A stretch of DNA of 64,000 nucleotides from the human T2T-CHM13v2.0 reference genome, Homo sapiens, in NCBI RefSeq assembly GCF_009914755.1, contig NC_060944.1. One strand, 5' to 3'. How positions within the stretch are numbered: position 1 is the stretch's first letter; each line of letters starts with the position of its first letter. A model generated the notes under the pieces. That model was not told the origin of the DNA. It did no database searches and worked only from the letters and a program-made list of their open reading frames with translations. Shown here piece by piece: positions 60,113 to 64,000 of the stretch. The translations under genes were made by a program, and so were the position numbers.

Positions 60113-61739
60113 GTCTGGAAAGACTTCTGAGATCATCTAGTCAGCCCTCTCTTACAAATGGGGAAATTAAGGTCTGAGGAGGAGAACGGGCTTGCCCAAA
60201 GTTGCAGAATAAGTTGCAAAGTCAGTGCAGCTCCACTAACTTATATGTCTTCATTTTGCAATTTATTCTTCATCCTAGTGGCTAGATGAAAAGCAAGTCT
60301 ACCCTCCTAATTCCCAGCTCCCCTTCTTTCACACTATTTTTTATTTTCTTTTTTCCAGAGCACCTTCTAATATAAAAATAATTTACTAATTTACTGTGTT
60401 TATTGCTATTTTCCTTGCTTCATTAAAATGTAAGCTTCACAAGGGCACTGCTTTTTGTTTGTTTGTTTGTTTTCATTAAAGTAGCCTATGTGCCTCGAAT
60501 AGCACCTGACCCATAGTAGGTGTTCAATGAGTATTTATAAATGGATGGGTGAAAAATATTTTGTTAAACTGTACATAAGTTAACAGGTATTATGTACCAG
60601 CCCTTAGGCATTAGCATGAAATAGAGTAGAATATTTTCTTTTTCACATGTTTGATTCTAGCTTGAATTAGAGGTTACAGAAACAGCTTATTTATGGAAGA
60701 TTAATTAGAGACTTACCAATCATATGTACAATAATAATAAGAATAACAATAGCAACAATAACAACAGTGATAACATCCATTTGTGGAATATTTACTATCT
60801 GCCCAACACATACTATATGAAGTTCTGAGCTAAGACCATCAGACCATTATCTCATGTAAGTCTTAGTACCGCCCCAGGGTGGAGGAACAAAATAGTATTG
60901 TCTGTTTTCCAAAGGAGGAAACCGAGGCTCAAGAGGTGAAATTACTGTTTAAGGTTACATAGCCAGTACAGATTTAGGACCTGTGATCCCAAAGATTACA
61001 TTCTTAACTACCAGTTACATTCAGTAGTAGGCTTGGGGAATTCTCTCTTTGCAGAAGGAATTGAAAATGCCAAAGACTAGGCAAGCATTGCTATTAGGGG
61101 TGTCCTTGGGCCAAGAACACCAACCTCTAAGGTAGTATAAAACCACAGGCTGGAAAGATGCATTTTTTTTTTCAGCCCGACTTTCCAGCATTTACCCACA
61201 CTCTCAAGTCTTCCATTCTCACATTACAAAGAACCTTTCGTCTTGAACTATTAGGGTTTTCTCACTTCTCAGACACCCTCCCTGAAGCAGGCCAAGGAAA
61301 ATTCCTGTGGTGACAGGCCATTTCTAGGGAGGCCACTGTAGCACTTCACACTTGCTCTCACCCCACCCACTCAAGGAAGGGTAGACAGACAGAGGGCCCT
61401 TTACCCAGCTCCTATACTACTTTCCTGTGGAGACCTCAGGAAAGGGCCGAGGATCATGATTTTCTAAATGTGGGCACAACAGACCTCTTGTAAGACTTTG
61501 AGTTCTTGAAACACTGTACCTATTAAACTGGTTGTGAGCACACAGAATAAAGTATCACCACCCACTGTGGATAATGTCAGCATTCATTCCCACCCCTGAC
61601 AGCCAATATTGGCCAGGCTTGGAATCACTGAACACACATGGCAGCAGAGTCCCTTGCCCCATAGCTGCAGACACAGGTTGAACACTGGTGTACCCCTGGG
61701 CTTTTATGAAGAGAGAGGCTTATAACACCCATTGCCATC

Positions 61740-62215
61740 TTTACACACACAGTGCAGCAGGTACTGTGCTGAGAACTTTACAGCCGTGATCTTATTTAAT
61801 TCTTACAATACATGTGATGAGACACTGCTGTCTGACTTCTGTAGATGGGGAAGGCCTGGAGAGATTGGTAACTTGACAGAGTCTCATGGCATCTGCAACA
61901 GGCAGAACCACATTTTAAACAAAGGTTGAGTTACTTCTAAAACCTGTGCTTTGCTAGTCTTCTGTTCTGCAACACTGGTTAAGAGCATAGACTCTAGAGC
62001 CATGCTGCCTGGGTTTGAGTCTTGATTCTGCCACTTACTAGTTGGGAGACATTGGGCAGGTTACTTAGCTACCCTCCTCCTTGGGCTGTTCATCTGTAAC
62101 ATAGGGATAATAATGTCCTTGTAGCATGGGTTGCTCTGAGGATTAAAGGAATCCATATATGTAAAGCACTCAGTGTCTGGTGCATAGAAAACACTAAATG
62201 CCAGCCATTATTATT
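61740..62215. mobile_element. Two adjacent MIRs in opposite orientation
   Basis: MIR cores gtagatggggaaggc..ggtaacttg (~61850) and ttgggcaggttactta..catctgtaa (~62060). Confidence 0.7.
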
Positions 62216-62920
62216 AATTTATATATCAACTCATTGTTTTTCTTTGGATGATAGAAACTTAATCTCAGAAGTTTGAGGTTTTTCTAACTACCCACCCTTA
62301 CCCCAACCCCTGCCAAGGGTTGCGTCTGTATTCCCAAGGGGCTTAGACTGTTACCTGGTATATAGTAGCCTCAAGTAAATGCTGGTGATGATAATAGGGC
62401 AGTGCCAAGACATTGGGGGTGTGGGAAGGCAGGGTTAGGGGATGGCATCTGCGCCTCATCAGCATCGATCCTCCATGGTGTCGTATCCTGAAAGTGGGAA
62501 AGGCGCTGTCCAGATAGACGCTTATCTCGTAGACAGAACAAGAACGGGGAGGCAACCATTATTTCACATACAGCAAGTTACTGTTATTTTAATGCCCTAA
62601 CAATGAATCTATATTTAATTAACTTAAAAGATAGGGGAGGTGAGAGTATTATTCACTAAGTTCTTGGTCAAGGCACATTAAATCAAAGCGGTTAGCACTT
62701 AGATCTCTTCCAGGGATAAATTATCTCAGACAAGCTTCAAGGTATGCCATGCTTTGGAATGAATTGTCACTTTCCAACCACCACCACTCAACCTGTGATC
62801 TGACCACAGTGTCTTCCTCCTGTCTCCCTTCCCTCTGGGTGCCTGGGAAGGCTGGGCTTCTGCACTGTTCTGCCACTGACTTAAGCTTTGTCGTGACTAT
62901 ACCTTCCACTTCTCTTCTAG

Positions 62921-63079
62921 CTTAAGAGTTGGACAGTGGAGGACCTTCAGAAGAGGCTCTTGGCCCTGGACCCCATGATGGAGCAGGAGATTGAAGAGAT
63001 CCGGCAGAAGTACCAGTCCAAGCGGCAGCCCATCCTGGATGCCATAGAGGCTAAGAAGAGACGGCAACAAAACTTCTGA
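62921..63079 (+). CDS. STK4: STK4 terminal coding exon, SARAH domain: LKSWTVEDLQKRLLALDPMMEQEIEEIRQKYQSKRQPILDAIEAKKRRQQNF*
   Basis: Branch-point-like gtgAc (62896), pyrimidine tract and ctag|CTT at 62920/62921. 52 codons then TGA at 63077-63079. Recognisable MST1 SARAH sequence, in phase with the 13018 donor. Confidence 0.99.
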   Translation, partial: LKSWTVEDLQKRLLALDPMMEQEIEEIRQKYQSKRQPILDAIEAKKRRQQNF

Positions 63080-64000
63080 GCAAGGCCAGGCTGTGAGGGC
63101 CCCAGCTCCACCCAGGCTTTGGGTGAATTCTGGATGGCTTGCCTCATGTTTGTTAGCCAGCACTTCTGCTCTGTCGTCTCTCCACAGCACCTTTGTGAAC
63201 TCAGGAATGTGCGCCAGTGGGAAGGGCTCTCTTGACAGTCAGCGTGCCATCTTGATGTGTGTATGTACATTGGTCAGGTATATTATCTCAAAGGATTTAT
63301 ATTGGCGCTTTTAACTCAGAGTTTTAAACCCCAGGAACAGAGACTCCTAGTTGAGTGATAGCTGGGAAAGTTTTACATTGTCTGTTTTTCTTCTCCCAAT
63401 AGCTTTCAATTGTTCTTTCTGGAAGACTTTTAAAAAAATATAAATATGCATATATATATATAAATTATAAATAGATTCCCCACGCAGTGTGGTGGCATCT
63501 CTGTACAGGTACAGTTTTAAACGGTTTGCCTCTTTTCTGTAAGATTATGGTACTGTGGAACATGAGGGCAGAGGACACCGGGAGGCTGTTAGGGGGTCAC
63601 TGAATCCCAGGAGCCAACCTCCCCCTTTGCAGGGCTGCATTTAAAAATTAGGTTTGGGACAGTTCTTGTACCGTGGTTTCAGCCTTGTGTGGTCATCACT
63701 GGCTTCTGGAGCTATTGGTGATGTCCAAGGGAAAGCTTTGAGAGTTTATGTTTACTCTTTGAGTCCCAGGAGAAGCCTGGCACCCTCTTTGCAAATTGGC
63801 CTTTGCTCTTTCAATGCCTTTCATCCATCTCCACTCTCTCAACTGCCTAAAGTCACAGCACAGATACTGCCCAGTGCCTTAAGAGGAGACATGATCTCTA
63901 CCAGGGACTCTCAGCAAACACGGGACTGTGTTCAGTCCACAAAGGAAAAGCGTTTTTGAAGCTCTCATTGTTCATGTAAAAATCATACACGTGGCATGTT
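63080..64000 (+). other. STK4: STK4 3'UTR (proximal part, continues beyond window)
   Basis: Follows the stop codon; no interspersed repeat and no AATAAA seen before the window end. Confidence 0.9.

Noticed and set aside
62450-62550. CpG-richer patch with a minus-strand acceptor-like site
   Set aside because: Too short for a CpG island; no matching donor or recognisable ORF found.
62897-63270. Antisense ORFs (97 and 107 aa) over the last exon
   Set aside because: Shadow frames of the coding exon; no recognisable protein or promoter.

Overview
Primate (almost certainly human) genomic DNA covering the 3' part of STK4 (MST1, the Hippo-pathway Ste20 kinase) on the + strand. It holds the penultimate coding exon (12861-13018), a ~50 kb last intron, and the terminal exon (from 62921), which encodes the SARAH domain and stop and continues into the 3'UTR. 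The last intron contains a 95-nt cassette exon (40988-41082) that the ORF track misses. It replaces the SARAH domain with KTSQEQQSGKDICIQNCQGNLLCRYAF* and places the stop only 11 nt before the final junction, so it should escape NMD. I recall this as the annotated MST1 isoform 2, not a new exon. The rest is interspersed repeats, often nested (Alu, L1, L2, MIR, MER44, Charlie1, Tigger4, MER5, MER102, MLT1, THE1). Nearly all listed ORFs are repeat-derived or random. I found no convincing new biological system. The best leads are several splicing routes to SARAH-less MST1, including a second candidate exon at 29609-29712, plus small structural oddities. Repeat subfamily names and residue numbers are from memory and boundaries are approximate unless a TSD is given.
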